A stretch of DNA of 64,000 nucleotides from an uncultured Prochlorococcus sp. (GTDB taxonomy: Bacteria; Cyanobacteriota; Cyanobacteriia; PCC-6307; Cyanobiaceae), in assembly GCA_902590355.1 (NCBI GenBank), contig CACIWI010000001.1, positions 1,723 to 65,722 of the forward strand. Direction: 5' to 3'. The notes beneath the pieces are model-generated. The model was not told the DNA's origin, did no database searches, and was given only the letters and a program-made list of their open reading frames with translations. The position numbers were made by a program, and so were the translations under genes. Positions 25,424 to 39,308 of this stretch are shown here, piece after piece (position 1 is the first letter of the stretch; each line of letters opens with the position of its first letter).

Positions 25424-28400
25424 ATGCCTCAAAGAGGTGATCTTAAAAAAATTCTTATTCTAGGTTCGGGACCAATTGTTATAGGGCAAGCATGCGAATT
25501 TGATTACTCTGGTACTCAAGCTTGCAAAGCATTAAGAAATGCTGGTTATGAAATTGTCTTGATAAATTCAAATCCAGCATCAATAATGACAGATCCTGAT
25601 ATCGCAAGCAAAACATATATTGAACCATTGACTCCTGAAATAGTTTCTCAGATCGTTCTAAGAGAAAAACCTGATGCTATTCTTCCCACTATGGGAGGTC
25701 AAACCGCGTTGAATCTTGCGGTTAAATTATCAGAGTCAGATTTCTTAAAACAAAATAATATTGAATTAATTGGAGCTAATTTAAGAGCTATTAATAAAGC
25801 TGAGGATAGGAAATTATTTAAAGAATCGATGGAGAAAATAAATGTAAATGTATGTCCATCAGGTATTGCATCTAACTTAGATGAAGCTATAAATGTATCA
25901 AAAAAAATTAGTTCTTATCCTCTAATAATAAGACCTGCGTTTACTTTAGGTGGAGTAGGTGGTGGAATTGCTTTTAACCTTGAAGAATTTGTAGAGTTGT
26001 GTAAATCAGGTTTAGAAGAAAGTCCAAGTAATCAAATATTAATTGAAAAATCACTCATTGGATGGAAGGAGTTTGAACTAGAGGTAATGAGAGATACTGC
26101 TGACAATGTGGTAATAGTTTGCAGTATTGAGAATTTAGACCCAATGGGGGTACACACTGGAGATTCGATTACTGTAGCTCCTGCACAGACCTTAACAGAC
26201 AAGGAGTATCAGAGGTTGAGGGATTTGTCATTGAAAATTATTAGAGAGGTGGGAGTTGAAACAGGAGGGAGTAATATTCAATTTGCAATAAATCCATCTA
26301 ATGGAGAAGTAATTGTTATAGAAATGAATCCTCGTGTTAGTAGATCCTCTGCTTTGGCAAGTAAAGCAACTGGATTCCCCATAGCAAAAATTGCAGCTTT
26401 ATTATCTGTTGGCTATACACTTGATGAGATTATTAATGACATAACAAAAAAAACACCTGCATGTTTTGAACCATCAATTGATTATGTAGTTACTAAGATC
26501 CCAAGATTTGCTTTTGAAAAGTTTAAAGGCTCATCTAATACTTTAAGCACTGCTATGAAATCTGTTGGTGAGTCAATGGCAATAGGTCGTTCTTTTGAAG
26601 AATCATTTCAGAAAGCATTAAGGTCATTAGAAGTAGGTGTGTTTGGATGGGAATGTGATGTACAAGATGAATTTAAAAATGAGAGTCAAATTAAAAATAG
26701 TTTAAGAAACCCTACATCTGAAAGAATTCTCCTTATTAAAAAAGCTATGCAGCTTGGGAAAACTAATGATTATATTCAAGAAGTTACAAATATAGATTTA
26801 TGGTTTATCGAAAAATTACGTAATATCTTTAATTTTGAAAATGATTTTTTGAAAGATAAGGAACTTTATACTCTAGATAGGGATTTGATGTTACATGCTA
26901 AACAATTAGGCTTTTCAGATCAACAGATAGCAAAGTTAACTAATTCTGAGTTTTTTGAAGTGAGAAAATATAGAAAAAAACTGAATATAATTCCAATTTA
27001 TAAAACTGTTGATACTTGTTCAGCAGAATTCTCATCCTCAACTCCCTATCATTATTCAACTTACGAAGAATCTTTCATTGATTTTAATTCTCAAATTTTC
27101 GATAGCGAGATTTCAGAAAATAGTAAATCTAAAAAAATTATGATTTTAGGAGGAGGTCCAAACAGAATTGGTCAGGGAATAGAATTTGATTACTGTTGTT
27201 GTCATGCATCATATCAAGCTTCTACAAATGGCTATAAAACAATAATGGTTAATAGTAATCCTGAAACAGTATCAACGGATTATGATACTAGCGATATTCT
27301 ATATTTTGAGCCTGTAACTTTGGAAGATGTGCTTAACATAATAGAAGCTGAAAATCCTTATGGTTTGATTGTTCAATTTGGAGGTCAAACCCCACTAAAA
27401 TTATCATTACCTTTATTTGAATGGCTTAAATCTAATGATGGGATCAAAACTGGATCAAAAATTCTTGGGACTTCTCCAATATCTATCGATTTAGCAGAAG
27501 ATAGAGAGGAATTTACAAAAATTCTTGAAGAATTAAGTATTAGGCAACCTTTAAACGGTATTGCACGTAATCAAAATGAAGCAGAAATAGTAGCAAAAAA
27601 TATAGGATTCCCCTTGGTTGTAAGACCTTCTTATGTTTTAGGGGGAAGGGCAATGGAAATTGTTAAAGATGAGAATGAATTATCGAGATATATTTCTGAA
27701 GCAGTTAAGGTATCACCTGATCATCCAATCCTTCTTGATCAATATTTGAATAATGCAATTGAGATAGATGTTGATGCTTTATGCGATTCAGAGGGTTCAG
27801 TTGTAATTGCTGGCCTAATGGAGCATGTTGAACCTGCAGGAATTCATTCAGGAGATTCAGCTTGTTGCTTGCCATCCATTTCTCTTTCAATTTCCACATT
27901 AGAAAATGTGAGGAACTGGACTAAATTAATTGCACAAAGATTGAATGTTGTTGGTTTAATTAATTTGCAATTTGCAGTAATAAATACAAATACAAAAGAA
28001 AATAAATTATTTATTCTCGAAGCAAATCCAAGAGCATCCAGGACAGTTCCATTTGTTTCAAAAGCCATAGGTAAACCAGTTGCAAAATTGGCTACTCAGT
28101 TAATGCAAGGTTTTACATTAGAAGATCTTAATTTCACAGAAGAATTTTCTCCAAAATATCAGGCAGTAAAAGAGGCTGTCTTACCTTTTAAAAGATTTCC
28201 TGGGTCTGATACATTACTTGGGCCTGAAATGAGATCTACTGGAGAAGTAATGGGTTTAGCTAAAGATTTTGGAATTGCTTATGCCAAGTCGGAATTGGCA
28301 GCAGGTAATGGTGTTCCTTCAGAGGGTGTTGCTTTTTTATCTACAAATGATTTAGATAAAAAAAATCTTGAGGAAGTTGCTAGAGAACTTTTGAATTTAG

Positions 28401-28720
28401 GATTTAAATTAATCGCAACAAAAGGTACAGCTTCATATTTGGTGAATTTAGGAATTCAAGTTGAAGAAGTGCTAAAAGTTCATGAAGGAAGACCAAATAT
28501 TGAGGACCTAATTCGTTCGGGACTTGTTCAATTAATAATTAATACTCCAATTGGCTCACAGGCTCTTCATGATGATGCTTATTTAAGACGTGCCGCTTTA
28601 GAATATAATATTCCAACTTTTACAACTATTCCTGGAGCAAAGGCGGCAATTAAGGCGATCAAAGCTTTGCAATGCAATAAGATTAATACTTACTCTCTAC
28701 AAGAAATCCATAATTATTGA
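25424..28720 (+). CDS. carB: carbamoyl-phosphate synthase large subunit
   Basis: [17 protein letters not shown], two ATP-grasp domains, MGS domain. Confidence 0.99.
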   Translation: MPQRGDLKKILILGSGPIVIGQACEFDYSGTQACKALRNAGYEIVLINSNPASIMTDPDIASKTYIEPLTPEIVSQIVLREKPDAILPTMGGQTALNLAVKLSESDFLKQNNIELIGANLRAINKAEDRKLFKESMEKINVNVCPSGIASNLDEAINVSKKISSYPLIIRPAFTLGGVGGGIAFNLEEFVELCKSGLEESPSNQILIEKSLIGWKEFELEVMRDTADNVVIVCSIENLDPMGVHTGDSITVAPAQTLTDKEYQRLRDLSLKIIREVGVETGGSNIQFAINPSNGEVIVIEMNPRVSRSSALASKATGFPIAKIAALLSVGYTLDEIINDITKKTPACFEPSIDYVVTKIPRFAFEKFKGSSNTLSTAMKSVGESMAIGRSFEESFQKALRSLEVGVFGWECDVQDEFKNESQIKNSLRNPTSERILLIKKAMQLGKTNDYIQEVTNIDLWFIEKLRNIFNFENDFLKDKELYTLDRDLMLHAKQLGFSDQQIAKLTNSEFFEVRKYRKKLNIIPIYKTVDTCSAEFSSSTPYHYSTYEESFIDFNSQIFDSEISENSKSKKIMILGGGPNRIGQGIEFDYCCCHASYQASTNGYKTIMVNSNPETVSTDYDTSDILYFEPVTLEDVLNIIEAENPYGLIVQFGGQTPLKLSLPLFEWLKSNDGIKTGSKILGTSPISIDLAEDREEFTKILEELSIRQPLNGIARNQNEAEIVAKNIGFPLVVRPSYVLGGRAMEIVKDENELSRYISEAVKVSPDHPILLDQYLNNAIEIDVDALCDSEGSVVIAGLMEHVEPAGIHSGDSACCLPSISLSISTLENVRNWTKLIAQRLNVVGLINLQFAVINTNTKENKLFILEANPRASRTVPFVSKAIGKPVAKLATQLMQGFTLEDLNFTEEFSPKYQAVKEAVLPFKRFPGSDTLLGPEMRSTGEVMGLAKDFGIAYAKSELAAGNGVPSEGVAFLSTNDLDKKNLEEVARELLNLGFKLIATKGTASYLVNLGIQVEEVLKVHEGRPNIEDLIRSGLVQLIINTPIGSQALHDDAYLRRAALEYNIPTFTTIPGAKAAIKAIKALQCNKINTYSLQEIHNY

Positions 28721-28724
28721 AACT

Positions 28725-28943
28725 TTATTCTAAGTTTTTTAGTTTTTCTCTTAATTGATTAACTAAAGAGTTTCGACTAATTGAAAGTAATTTGAGAGTA
28801 TCTTGATGCATCTTAAGTTGTGACTCAGCTATTTGTAGTACTTTTATAGATTCTTTTATTTCATTAGAAAGTTCATTTATGAAATACTTTTTGCCTTCAA
28901 AGGTTAAAACCGGATTTGCTGAGTCATTTGTGTTTTCGCTCAT
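28725..28943 (-). CDS. conserved hypothetical protein
   Basis: 72 aa, VLTFEGKKY...coiled coil. Confidence 0.7.
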   Translation of the reverse strand: MSENTNDSANPVLTFEGKKYFINELSNEIKESIKVLQIAESQLKMHQDTLKLLSISRNSLVNQLREKLKNLE

Positions 28944-28970
28944 AGATTTACTTTTTAATAAATATAACTA

Positions 28971-30674
28971 TTATTTCTTAATCAATTGTTTTTCACATAA
29001 TTCTTTATAAATTCCAGGTTTATTTATTAAATCAATGTGTTTCCCTACTTCAATAATTTCACCTTTATCGAAAACAACTATTTTATTGGCTTCTTGAGTA
29101 GTTGCTAATCTATGAGCAATTACAATAACTGTTCTATCTTTCATAGCTCTATTAAGTCCTTTTTGTACTTCAGATTCTGATTCTGCATCTAAAGCACTAG
29201 TGGCCTCATCTAATAGAAGAATTGATGGGTTCCCAAGTATTGCTCTTGCAATTGCAATCCTCTGGATCTGACCACCTGAGAAATTTGATCCTCTTTCAGT
29301 TATCTCAGTTTCATATTTCTCAGGAAGCTTTTGAATAAAGTTATGAGCGTTTGCTTTCCTTGCTGATTCTATAACTTCTTCTTTGGTGAAATTTCTTCCC
29401 ATTCTTATTACATCAATAATTGTTCCTGAAAACAAAAAAGGCTGTTGTTGTACTAATGCAATGTTTTTTCTAATATCTTTTGTACTTAATATTTTGAGAT
29501 TTTTATCATCTATAAAAATGTCTCCATTATTTGGAGTTATAAACTTTAATATTAAAGCCAACATTGTACTTTTACCAGCTCCAGAAGCTCCAACAAAAGC
29601 TGCGACTTCCCCTCTTTTAATTTCTAAATTGATATTTTTAAGTACTTGATTATCTTTTTTGTAAGCGAAATTTACTTTCTTGAAACTTATTTTGCCTTCA
29701 AAATTGGATATCCTTTGTAAATTTTCTTTATCATCTTCGACAGGTTCTTGATTTATGTTTTTCAACCTTTTTATTGAGGCTTCTGCCTGTTTATAGTCAT
29801 TAAAATTTGTACTTATATGGCTTATTGGATCAATAAGCATTAATATTGCTGCAAAAAAACTACTAAATTCTTCGCTTGTTAGAAGGCCTAGATTGATTCT
29901 CGCGGCTCCTAAACCTAATATTGCTAATATTCCAAATGCTTCAACAAACCCCACAACTGGATGTTGAAATGCAAGTAGTTTTAATGTTTTATATTTTGCT
30001 TTTTTATTTGTACTTAATCTTTTATAAAATCTTTTTATAATCCAATTTTCTGCAGCAAAAGCTCTTATAGTGGACATTCCATTTATAGATTCACCTATTA
30101 AACCTGCTAAATTACTTGTTGATTCTTGACTTTTTTCAGATGCTATTAAAACTCTTCTTCCAAAACTGTTAACTGAAAGAATAATCAATGGTGCTAAAAC
30201 AAAAGTTGATACTGTTAGTGACCAATCTAAATAAAACATATAGATTATTACCGCTAGCAACTGTAAAGTGCATGGAATAGTATCTTGAGCTGTTTTATAA
30301 ATAACTTCGCTTACCCTGTCTGCATCTTCTGTAAGTCTATATGTGATGTCTCCGGCTGAAATATTGTCAACAGAATTCATCCTTATTTTTTGAATTCTGG
30401 TAAATAAATTTCCTCTCATCACTTCACTAATTTCTAAAGATGGTTTTGCTATGAATACATCCTGTCCAAATTGAGCAGTTTTCTGAACTAAAAATACCAA
30501 TAAAGACTTAATTATTATGCCAGAAACTTTTGAGAGATCACCTGACCCAATCGCTGGGATTAAGTTTCCAGCTAAATAAGCTAATAAAGGCCAACAAGCT
30601 ACGTAAATAAGCATGCATATAAAACCCTTGATAAACCTATTTGAATATGGTCTGACTGGTGGTATTAGTCTCAA
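28971..30674 (-). CDS. ABC exporter, fused permease/ATPase (MsbA-like)
   Basis: TM domain plus GASGAGKST, FSGGQ, LDEATSALD. Confidence 0.93.
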   Translation of the reverse strand: MRLIPPVRPYSNRFIKGFICMLIYVACWPLLAYLAGNLIPAIGSGDLSKVSGIIIKSLLVFLVQKTAQFGQDVFIAKPSLEISEVMRGNLFTRIQKIRMNSVDNISAGDITYRLTEDADRVSEVIYKTAQDTIPCTLQLLAVIIYMFYLDWSLTVSTFVLAPLIILSVNSFGRRVLIASEKSQESTSNLAGLIGESINGMSTIRAFAAENWIIKRFYKRLSTNKKAKYKTLKLLAFQHPVVGFVEAFGILAILGLGAARINLGLLTSEEFSSFFAAILMLIDPISHISTNFNDYKQAEASIKRLKNINQEPVEDDKENLQRISNFEGKISFKKVNFAYKKDNQVLKNINLEIKRGEVAAFVGASGAGKSTMLALILKFITPNNGDIFIDDKNLKILSTKDIRKNIALVQQQPFLFSGTIIDVIRMGRNFTKEEVIESARKANAHNFIQKLPEKYETEITERGSNFSGGQIQRIAIARAILGNPSILLLDEATSALDAESESEVQKGLNRAMKDRTVIVIAHRLATTQEANKIVVFDKGEIIEVGKHIDLINKPGIYKELCEKQLIKK

Positions 30675-30732
30675 GATATTATATATTTAATTGTTTATCC
30701 TACTTTATCAATATCTTTGGGTATAAAAAACA

Positions 30733-30909
30733 ATGAAATTGGATCAATTCTTAAAATGGAAAAATTTGGTATCTTCTGGTGGCGAAGCAAAAATTTTTAT
30801 CAAATCCGGTTCTGTTAAGGTTAATGGTGTTATTGAGACTAGGAGAGGAAGGAAATTAAACAAGGGAGACAAAGTAATATTTCTAAAAAATGAATTAATT
30901 TTTGAATAG
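30733..30909 (+). CDS. S4-domain RNA-binding protein
   Basis: MKLDQFLKW..LVSSGGEAK...VKVNG..ETRRGRKL. Confidence 0.88.
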   Translation: MKLDQFLKWKNLVSSGGEAKIFIKSGSVKVNGVIETRRGRKLNKGDKVIFLKNELIFE

Positions 30910-30961
30910 ATAGCTTATTCAACTCACTTTGTATTAGTATATTTTTCTTGGAGATAGTATT

Positions 30962-31687
30962 TTGAGAAAATCTGTAATTGCTGGTAATTGGAAAATGCAC
31001 ATGACTTGTGCTGAAGCTAAATCCTATTTAGAAGAGTTTATTCCTTTATTAAAAAACATAAAAGACGATCGTAAAGTTGTTATTGCTCCACCTTTTACAG
31101 CTATTTCAACCTTTTCTGATCATTCTAATTTTGATTATTTAGATATTTCTAGTCAAAATATTCATTGGGAAGATCAAGGAGCATTTACTGCAGAAATATC
31201 TCCAAAAATGCTTCTCGAACATGGTGTCTCATATGCAATCGTTGGACATAGTGAACCAAGGAAATATTTTAGTGAAAGTGATGAACAAATTAATAAAAGA
31301 GCAGTTTTTGCTCAATCTAGTGGACTTACTCCAATAGTTTGTGTAGGAGAAACATTAGAACAAAGAGAAAGAGGAGAAGCTGATAGAGTTATCACTAGAC
31401 AGGTTGAACAAGGATTAGAAAATACAGATCCATCTAATTTAATTGTTGCCTATGAACCAATATGGGCTATTGGCACTGGTAAAACATGTGAGGCAGAAGA
31501 TGCTAATAAGATATGTTCTTTGATTCGGAAATTAATAGGTTTTGATGATGTAATTATTCAATATGGAGGATCTGTTAAACCTAATAATATTGACGAAATC
31601 ATGTCAATGAGTGATATAGATGGGGTGTTAGTTGGAGGGGCCTCATTAGATCCAAAAAGTTTCGCGAGAATTGCAAATTATCAATAA
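30962..31687 (+). CDS. tpiA: triosephosphate isomerase
   Basis: [26 protein letters not shown]. Confidence 0.98.
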   Translation: MRKSVIAGNWKMHMTCAEAKSYLEEFIPLLKNIKDDRKVVIAPPFTAISTFSDHSNFDYLDISSQNIHWEDQGAFTAEISPKMLLEHGVSYAIVGHSEPRKYFSESDEQINKRAVFAQSSGLTPIVCVGETLEQRERGEADRVITRQVEQGLENTDPSNLIVAYEPIWAIGTGKTCEAEDANKICSLIRKLIGFDDVIIQYGGSVKPNNIDEIMSMSDIDGVLVGGASLDPKSFARIANYQ

Positions 31688-32516
31688 GAAAAATCAATGG
31701 CCAAAAGGCTGGGGACAAAAAACTTCAATTATGGGAGTTATTAATTTAACGCCTGATTCATTTAGTGATGGTGGGGAATTAAACTCTTCAGAAAAAGTTT
31801 TAGATCAAGTAAATCATTTCTTGAACAATGGTGTTGATGTCATTGATCTTGGTGCTCAAAGTACGAGACCTGGAGCTGAAGAAGTAGGGATTAGTATAGA
31901 AATAAAAAGATTGATCCCATATCTAAAATTAATAAAATCTGAATTTCCAGATGTTTTAATTTCTATTGATACTTTTAATTCTGAAGTTGCTTACGAAGCT
32001 CTTTTACATGGCGCTAATTGGATAAATGATGTTACGGGAGGAAGAAGGGATATAAAAATTTTGGATGTTGTATCAAAATTTAACTGTCCATTCGTAATAA
32101 CTCATAGTCGTGGTAATAGTCAAAATATGAATCAACTCTCTAATTACCAGAATGTATTGAGTGACGTTAAGTGCTCACTTGATAATTTAATAAAGAATGC
32201 GTTAGAAAAAAATATATCTGAAAGAAATATAATAGTGGATCCTGGGATTGGTTTTTCAAAGGATATTATTCATAATTTGGAAATTTTGAGAAACTTAGAT
32301 GTATTTAAAAAATGGAATTTGCCAATTTTGATAGGTGCATCTAGGAAGAGATTTATAGGAGAAATTTTAAATGAGAAAAATCCAAAAGAAAGGGATATAG
32401 GAACACTTGCAATAAGTTGTCTTTGTTCTCAATTTAATATTGACATCGTGAGAGTTCACAACGTCAAACTAAATTATCAAATTTTGAAAATGGCTGATAG
32501 GATTTACAGAAAATAA
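31671..32516 (+). CDS. folP: dihydropteroate synthase
   Basis: [27 protein letters not shown]. Confidence 0.97.
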   Translation: MQIINKKNQWPKGWGQKTSIMGVINLTPDSFSDGGELNSSEKVLDQVNHFLNNGVDVIDLGAQSTRPGAEEVGISIEIKRLIPYLKLIKSEFPDVLISIDTFNSEVAYEALLHGANWINDVTGGRRDIKILDVVSKFNCPFVITHSRGNSQNMNQLSNYQNVLSDVKCSLDNLIKNALEKNISERNIIVDPGIGFSKDIIHNLEILRNLDVFKKWNLPILIGASRKRFIGEILNEKNPKERDIGTLAISCLCSQFNIDIVRVHNVKLNYQILKMADRIYRK

Positions 32517-32524
32517 TAAATTTA

Positions 32525-35500
32525 TTATTCTTTAACTCCTTCTATTTTATCTTCTACCTCTTGGTATAGTTCTTTCAACTGTTCTATATTCTCATCTGAA
32601 GTTTCCCAGTATCCTCTACCATTGACTTCTAGCAATGTTCCAACAATTCTTCTGAAACTATTAGGATTAAGATCCATTAATCTTTTCCTCATTTCTTCGT
32701 CATTTATAAATGTTTCATTAGTTTCTTCATATACAAAATTATCTACTTGACCACTTGTCGCACTCCAACCAAGAGTATAATTAAGTCTGTTAGAAAGTTC
32801 TCTAACTCCTTCGTAACCAGATTTAAGCATTCCTTCATACCACTTTGGATTTAAAAGTTTTGTTCTTGAGTCTAATCTGATAGTTTCTCCAAGTGTTCTA
32901 ACTTGAGCATTAGATGTGGTTGTGTCTGCTATGAAGCTACTTGGTTCTTTCCCGTCATCTCTTAGTGTCTTGATCAATTTTGTTGGATCTGAATCAAAAT
33001 AATGACTTACATCTGTTAATGAAATCTCTGAGGAGTCAAGGTTTTGAAATGTAACATCTGCTGTTTTCATTACTGACTCAAATACCTCTCTTTTTTGATT
33101 CATCTCACCTGGATTATCGGCATTAAAAGCATATGTTTTACGTGATAAATACATTTCCTGTAGTTCATTTTCTTCCTCCCATGTTGAATTTTCTACGGCT
33201 AAATTAACATTTGAACTGTAACTTCCACTTGCATTAGAAAATACTCTTGCTGAAGCTTCTCTGATAGAGGTGCCTTCCTTCTCTGCTTGTTCTAGTGAAT
33301 GTTTCCTTACAAAATTAGATTCCAATGGTTCATCTGCTTCGGCAGCTAATTTGACTGCCTGATCTATTAATGCCATTTGATTGATAAATAGATCTCTAAA
33401 TACTCCTGAACAATTAACTACTACATCAATTCTTGGCCTGCCTAATTCTTCTAAAGGGATTAATTCTAGTTTATTAATTCTTCCAACCGAATCTGGTTTT
33501 GGCTTTACCCCAACAAACCATAAGATTTGTGCTAGTGATTCTCCGTAAGTTTTTATGTTATCAGTACCCCATAGAACACAAGCTATTGTTTCAGGCCACG
33601 TCCCTTGCTCTTCCTTTTGTCTTTCAATTAATTTGTCAACAACAGACTTTGCTGCAGCTACAGCTGCTGTGGTTGGGATTGATTGAGGATCAAGTGCATG
33701 GATATTTTTACCACTTGGCAAAACACTTGGATTTCTTATGGGATCTCCACCTGGTCCAGGTAAAACATAATTTCCATCTAGTGCTTTAATGAGACTATCC
33801 ATTTCTTTGTCAGCACAGACCTGTTCAAGACAGAAAAGTAAGTAATCAAATAATTTATTTAATTCTTTCTGATTAACTTCATTAAATCCATTTAATCTGC
33901 AGACTCTTAGCCATGGGGTAGGTAGATTTAGACCAAAAACTTTAAGTAAATCGAAAAGTTTGGAAAGAAGTGATTTTTCTAAATAAACTCTGCCATCAAC
34001 AATTTTTAAAGAGTTGACCATCGCAAAAATAGAATCTCTTGCTGTCTTTATGATTTTTTCATTTAGCTCTACAAATTTGAGTTCACCTTTATTATTGCCA
34101 TCATAAATTTGTTTAATAGTTAGGCCCATGGATTCAGCTAGCAATCCAGGAAGAGATCTTAATCCCTCTTGCTCTCTCTCTAATGATGCAATATTTACAA
34201 GTGTTGCAACAGCTTCTTCTGCTGTTGGGGCTTCTCCAATAGTATGAAGACCGCAAGGTAATAATCTACTTTCAATTTCCATCAACTGTTTATAGACATT
34301 CCCAACAAATAAATCTCTTTCATCTATTGAAAGTTCTTCTACATCTTTTGAAGGGAGCTCAACATCTTTATCAAGATTACATTGTTTAGAAGTCTCAACT
34401 ATCGCATTAATAATTTGAATACCCCTGCTATTTTCTCTTAATTGTTGATAAGAACCAACGAGTTCACTTAGTTCTTTAAGTCCTTTGTAGAGCCCTGCAT
34501 TTTCCGCTGGAGGAGTCAGATAACTAATAGTTGAAGCATATCCTCTTCTCTTCGCAATTGTTGCTTCAGACGGATTATTCGCAGCATAGTAATACAAATT
34601 AGGCAATGATCCAATGAGAGAATCCGGATAGCAAGTTTCACTCATGCCCATCTGTTTACCAGGCATAAATTCAAGTGATCCATGAGTTCCAAAATGAAGA
34701 ACAGCATCAGCTCCCCAGATTTTTTCTATATAGGTGTAATAAGCGGCAAAACCATGATGAGGACTAGCACTTCTTGAATAAAGTAACCTCATTGGATCAC
34801 CTTCATAACCGAATGTAGGTTGAACACCTATAAAAACATTTCCAAAATGTTTTCCGTAAATAAGAAGGTTTTGTCCGTCACTATTGAGGTTTCCAGGAGG
34901 TTTTCCCCAATTCTCTTCAAGTCTTTGAGAATATGGTGTGAACTCTTCGTATTCTTTTACTGACATCTTATGAGCAATATTTAACTCTGGAGAGCCATCC
35001 ATCGCTTCAGGGTTGTTAATTACTTTTTCCATTAATTCTTTTGAATTACTTGGAAGTTCATCTATTTGATATCCTTTTGATTTCATTTCAAGAAGTACTC
35101 TATAAATTGAACCAAAAACATTCAAGTATGCTGCCGTTCCAACATTTCCTTTGTCTGGTGGAAAACTAAATACTGTGATGGCTAATTTTTTATCCTTTCT
35201 TTGTTTAACTCTTAAAGTTGACCATTTTATTGCTCTTTCAGCTATTACATCAACTCGATCTTGGAGAGTATGCGCCTTACCTGTAGCATCATCACGACCT
35301 GAGAGAATAATAGGTTCAATAGCACCATCAAGCTCTGGAATTGCTATCTGTAGTGCTACCTGAACAGGGTGTAAACCTAGATCACTATCTTCCCATTCTT
35401 GTGTGGTTTGAAAAACTAATGGAAGTGCAACCATATAGGGTCTGTTTAACCTTTTTAGGGCTTCAATAGCTTTAGGATGATCTTGTCTTGCTGGCCCACC

Positions 35501-36535
35501 AACTAGTGCAAATCCTGTTAGAGATACAACTCCATCTACTATAGGTTGATCTTTATTTATGGAATCATAATAAAATTCATTAACTGGTTTAGAAAAATCT
35601 AATCCTCCACAAAAGATAGGTAGTACTCTCGCACCTCTGTATTCCAATTCTTGAATAACAGCAACGTAATGAGCATCATCTCCCGTAACGATATGACTCC
35701 TTTGAAGCACTAAGCCTATTGTTGGAGTTTTGTCATCTTTAGGATTTATATCTTTCCTGTTGTTTTCCCAATTTTGATATTCTTTAAGACTTTCAAACAT
35801 GCAAGGAGCAAGAGGATGCCAAATTCCTAAATCTGGAAATGTTTCAGGGTCTTGAATTTTGAATTCTTCTATTTGATCCTTTATTATTTCTGAAACAGCG
35901 TACTTTTCAGAAATCATTAACAAGAAGTTTTTTAGGTTTTCAGTCGTACCACCTAACCAGTACTGAAAACTTAGAATAAATGTTCTAGCATCTTGAGCTT
36001 TTTCTACTGGTAGATATTTAAGTATTGAAGGTAGTGTATTTAATAACTTCAACATTGAATCTTGGAAACTTGCTCCATCAGATTCTTTTTTCTTTTTTAT
36101 TAAATCTCCAATAATACTTTTAGATTGACCAAGTTGGGCCATACTAAATGAACCTAGCTTATTTAGTCTCATTACCTCTGGCATGGAGGGGAAAACAATT
36201 GATGCTTTAAGTTTGTCCTTAAATGGAGATACGGCATCAACAACTTTTTGAGCAAGGTCTTCAATGAATATTAGAGAAGCAACGAATATATCTGCATTAG
36301 CTATATCTTCTTTAAAATCTTCAAAGTTACCATCATTCCTAAGTTCTTCGATAAGATAGCCGCTAAGGTCTATACCTATTGGCCCATTCATCTTATTTAT
36401 AGACTTTGCAGCTTCAGTTAAGGAATTTTGGTATTGTGGCTCAAGGACAACATAAACTGCTTTTATTACAACTTTGTGTTTGTTATCCTCAACAGGAGAT
36501 ACTCTGCGGTTTGCTGAGCGGACCTGCGTAAACAT
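32525..36535 (-). CDS. chlH: magnesium chelatase subunit H
   Basis: 1336 aa; [23 protein letters not shown]. Confidence 0.98.
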   Translation of the reverse strand: MFTQVRSANRRVSPVEDNKHKVVIKAVYVVLEPQYQNSLTEAAKSINKMNGPIGIDLSGYLIEELRNDGNFEDFKEDIANADIFVASLIFIEDLAQKVVDAVSPFKDKLKASIVFPSMPEVMRLNKLGSFSMAQLGQSKSIIGDLIKKKKESDGASFQDSMLKLLNTLPSILKYLPVEKAQDARTFILSFQYWLGGTTENLKNFLLMISEKYAVSEIIKDQIEEFKIQDPETFPDLGIWHPLAPCMFESLKEYQNWENNRKDINPKDDKTPTIGLVLQRSHIVTGDDAHYVAVIQELEYRGARVLPIFCGGLDFSKPVNEFYYDSINKDQPIVDGVVSLTGFALVGGPARQDHPKAIEALKRLNRPYMVALPLVFQTTQEWEDSDLGLHPVQVALQIAIPELDGAIEPIILSGRDDATGKAHTLQDRVDVIAERAIKWSTLRVKQRKDKKLAITVFSFPPDKGNVGTAAYLNVFGSIYRVLLEMKSKGYQIDELPSNSKELMEKVINNPEAMDGSPELNIAHKMSVKEYEEFTPYSQRLEENWGKPPGNLNSDGQNLLIYGKHFGNVFIGVQPTFGYEGDPMRLLYSRSASPHHGFAAYYTYIEKIWGADAVLHFGTHGSLEFMPGKQMGMSETCYPDSLIGSLPNLYYYAANNPSEATIAKRRGYASTISYLTPPAENAGLYKGLKELSELVGSYQQLRENSRGIQIINAIVETSKQCNLDKDVELPSKDVEELSIDERDLFVGNVYKQLMEIESRLLPCGLHTIGEAPTAEEAVATLVNIASLEREQEGLRSLPGLLAESMGLTIKQIYDGNNKGELKFVELNEKIIKTARDSIFAMVNSLKIVDGRVYLEKSLLSKLFDLLKVFGLNLPTPWLRVCRLNGFNEVNQKELNKLFDYLLFCLEQVCADKEMDSLIKALDGNYVLPGPGGDPIRNPSVLPSGKNIHALDPQSIPTTAAVAAAKSVVDKLIERQKEEQGTWPETIACVLWGTDNIKTYGESLAQILWFVGVKPKPDSVGRINKLELIPLEELGRPRIDVVVNCSGVFRDLFINQMALIDQAVKLAAEADEPLESNFVRKHSLEQAEKEGTSIREASARVFSNASGSYSSNVNLAVENSTWEEENELQEMYLSRKTYAFNADNPGEMNQKREVFESVMKTADVTFQNLDSSEISLTDVSHYFDSDPTKLIKTLRDDGKEPSSFIADTTTSNAQVRTLGETIRLDSRTKLLNPKWYEGMLKSGYEGVRELSNRLNYTLGWSATSGQVDNFVYEETNETFINDEEMRKRLMDLNPNSFRRIVGTLLEVNGRGYWETSDENIEQLKELYQEVEDKIEGVKE

Positions 36536-36637
36536 TGATTTTCTTTAAGTATTTCTACCAGCCTACGAATGAAAAGACGTTATTGTGTGCAATATAAATA
36601 GCGTGTAACAACCTTTAAAAAAAAATTTTTTAAAAAA

Positions 36638-37486
36638 ATGATTGAAAATCCAAAAAAAACCATACCAGTACTAGTATCCGGAGCTTTAGGAAGAATGGGT
36701 AGTGAAGTTGTTAATACTGTATTAAATTCTACAGATTGTGAACTTGTTGCAGCAATCGACATAAACGAAAAGAACAATGGTTCAAATATTTCTGAATTAT
36801 TGAAGGTAAAAGATTGTGATGTTTTTGTTTCAAACGATTTTGAAGGAACTTTATGTTCTGTTAGTCAAAATTATAGAAATGAAAATATCAAACCTGTACT
36901 GGTTGATTTTACTCATCCTGATTCTGTATATGAAAATACCAGATCAGCTATTGCATATGGTGTATCACCAGTTGTAGGAACTACAGGTCTAAGCCCTTCG
37001 CAAATACAAGATTTATCTGTTTTTGCTCAGAAAGCATCGGTTGGTTGTGCAATAATTCCTAATTTTTCAGTCGGTATGGTTCTTCTTCAGCAGGCGGCAT
37101 CTGTAGCTGCAAGGTTTTACGACAATATTGAATTAATTGAGATGCATCATAATCAAAAAGCTGATTCTCCTAGTGGGACGTGTATAAAAACTGCAGAAAT
37201 GATTGAAGAATATCCAAAGAAATTTAATCAGAATTTAGTAAAAGAGTCTGAGTCATTGAAAGGTGTACGCGGTGGGCTCAGAGATTCAGGAATCAATATA
37301 CATTCTGTACGATTACCAGGATTACTCGCTCATCAGTTAGTAATTATGGGATCTCCAGGTGAAACTTACACAATTAAACATGACACTATTGATAGAAAGG
37401 CATATATGCCAGGAGTTTTACAGGCTATTAAAAAAATTGGTAATTATGAAACTTTAGTTTACGGACTTGAAAAATTGATTTTTTAA
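36638..37486 (+). CDS. dapB: 4-hydroxy-tetrahydrodipicolinate reductase
   Basis: [28 protein letters not shown]. Confidence 0.97.
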   Translation: MIENPKKTIPVLVSGALGRMGSEVVNTVLNSTDCELVAAIDINEKNNGSNISELLKVKDCDVFVSNDFEGTLCSVSQNYRNENIKPVLVDFTHPDSVYENTRSAIAYGVSPVVGTTGLSPSQIQDLSVFAQKASVGCAIIPNFSVGMVLLQQAASVAARFYDNIELIEMHHNQKADSPSGTCIKTAEMIEEYPKKFNQNLVKESESLKGVRGGLRDSGINIHSVRLPGLLAHQLVIMGSPGETYTIKHDTIDRKAYMPGVLQAIKKIGNYETLVYGLEKLIF

Positions 37487-37487
37487 A

Positions 37488-38129
37488 ATGATAATTCCAA
37501 TTAATTCAAGTCAAATTTCAAAACTAATTCCTGCAGTTGGTACAGGAAGTCAATTTAAGTACGCGTTGGGGAATCCTAGAAAAATTCTTCAAAGAGTAAT
37601 AGTTTCTTCAATTGGTGGATTTATCTCATTAATTATTAGTTCGACTGGAGATCAAACTAATAATTTCTGGTTATTCCTATGTGTAGGTTTCTTTTTGTAT
37701 ATCATCTGGGGCCCTATTCTTGAATCAAGTAGAAAAAATTTGAAATTAAGAAAATATAAATTTTTTTCTATATTTGATGGATATGTATCAGATATTTATA
37801 AAACAGAAAAGATTGAAAGTTCAAGAGAACAATCTAATAGGCAAGGTCGATTAGAAGTTATCGAAAACAAAAGGACTTGGTTAGTACTTGAATTAGAAGA
37901 TGAAGATGGTTATTTGGAAAAATTAAGTTTTCCTATGGAAAATAAGCACAGTCAAATTAGGGTTGGTTCGAGTATTAGATGTTTAATAACATCTGATAAC
38001 CGTAATTTTGATAGAGATTTTTATTTGACCGATGCTTGGCTTCCTGAAATTAACTTATGGGTTGGTGAGTACCCCTATTTATTAAGACCGGCATTTGAGG
38101 AAATTTGCTATATTTATCTGAATAGATAG
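37488..38129 (+). CDS. conserved cyanobacterial membrane protein
   Basis: 213 aa; LIPAVGTG.Q, WVGEYPYL. Confidence 0.75.
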   Translation: MIIPINSSQISKLIPAVGTGSQFKYALGNPRKILQRVIVSSIGGFISLIISSTGDQTNNFWLFLCVGFFLYIIWGPILESSRKNLKLRKYKFFSIFDGYVSDIYKTEKIESSREQSNRQGRLEVIENKRTWLVLELEDEDGYLEKLSFPMENKHSQIRVGSSIRCLITSDNRNFDRDFYLTDAWLPEINLWVGEYPYLLRPAFEEICYIYLNR

Positions 38130-38148
38130 TTGATGCTCATATAATAAG

Positions 38149-39303
38149 ATGAAAAATAAATTGAATTTTAAAATTGTTGGATCAGGTCCCACAGGTTTAT
38201 TACTTTCAATTGCACTTTCAAAATTTGATTGCAATATTTTTCTAACTGATCTATTAACAAAAGATAGATTAATTGATAAAGATAAAACTTATGCAATTAC
38301 TCACTCAACAAGAAAAATCTTATATAAATTCAGACTTTGGGAAAAATTAGAACCATTTTTATTTGGCTTTGATACCCTTTCAATTTCAGATAGCGTAACT
38401 TCTGCTTTCACCAATTTATCAACTTCTGACTTAGATGATGATATAAGTTCTGCCGAAAATATTGGCTGGGTAGTTAAACATTCGGATCTCATGAACGTAT
38501 TTTTTCAAGAGATTGACAATTATGAAAATATTTTTTTTATAACACCACAGAGATTGTTACGTAAAAAAATATTATTTGACTATCAATTCTTTTCAACAGG
38601 AGCTAACTCACTTGATAAAAAATTTATAGAATTTGTTGATATAAAAAAATCGTATAGTCAGTCTTGTTTAACTTTTAAAGTTTCTCTTAGAGGTCATTGT
38701 GAAAAACGAGCTTATGAAATTTTTAGAAAAGAAGGCCCACTTGCATTATTACCTTTAGAAAAAAACTTATATCAAGTAATTTGGACTTCAAGTACATTAA
38801 AGGCAATTGAAAGGTTGAATTCTGACAAGAATTTTTTAATGGATAACTTATCAACAATCTTGCCTAATGAATTTAAGTTGGACCAAATAATAGGCGAATT
38901 TAATATTTTTCCTGTTTCATTATCCTTAAATTTACCAGTTTTAAATTTTAAAAAATTAGTTTTAGTAGGAGATGCTTTTCATACATTTCATCCTGTTGGT
39001 GGTCAGGGTTTAAATATTTGCTGGAGAGATGTTAATACTATTTATGACCTTTTTAATAAAAATACTGCTATTACTAAATTGCAATTGATATTATTTAAAT
39101 TCAAGTATTTTTCAAGCAGAATTTTAGATATTATTGTCACTATTTTTATAACTGACTCGTTGATATCGATTTTTGCTAATCAAAACGTTTTTTTATTTCC
39201 AATAAGGAAATTTTCATTTTTACTTTTAAATAAATTTCTTTTTACAAGAAAATTAGTCCTTAATCAAATGACTAAATCTCTCATTTACTCAAGAATTAAA
39301 TAG
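38149..39303 (+). CDS. UbiH-like FAD-dependent monooxygenase
   Basis: GSGPTG, GPLALLP, GDAFHTFHPVGGQGLN. Confidence 0.88.
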   Translation: MKNKLNFKIVGSGPTGLLLSIALSKFDCNIFLTDLLTKDRLIDKDKTYAITHSTRKILYKFRLWEKLEPFLFGFDTLSISDSVTSAFTNLSTSDLDDDISSAENIGWVVKHSDLMNVFFQEIDNYENIFFITPQRLLRKKILFDYQFFSTGANSLDKKFIEFVDIKKSYSQSCLTFKVSLRGHCEKRAYEIFRKEGPLALLPLEKNLYQVIWTSSTLKAIERLNSDKNFLMDNLSTILPNEFKLDQIIGEFNIFPVSLSLNLPVLNFKKLVLVGDAFHTFHPVGGQGLNICWRDVNTIYDLFNKNTAITKLQLILFKFKYFSSRILDIIVTIFITDSLISIFANQNVFLFPIRKFSFLLLNKFLFTRKLVLNQMTKSLIYSRIK

Positions 39304-39308
39304 AATTC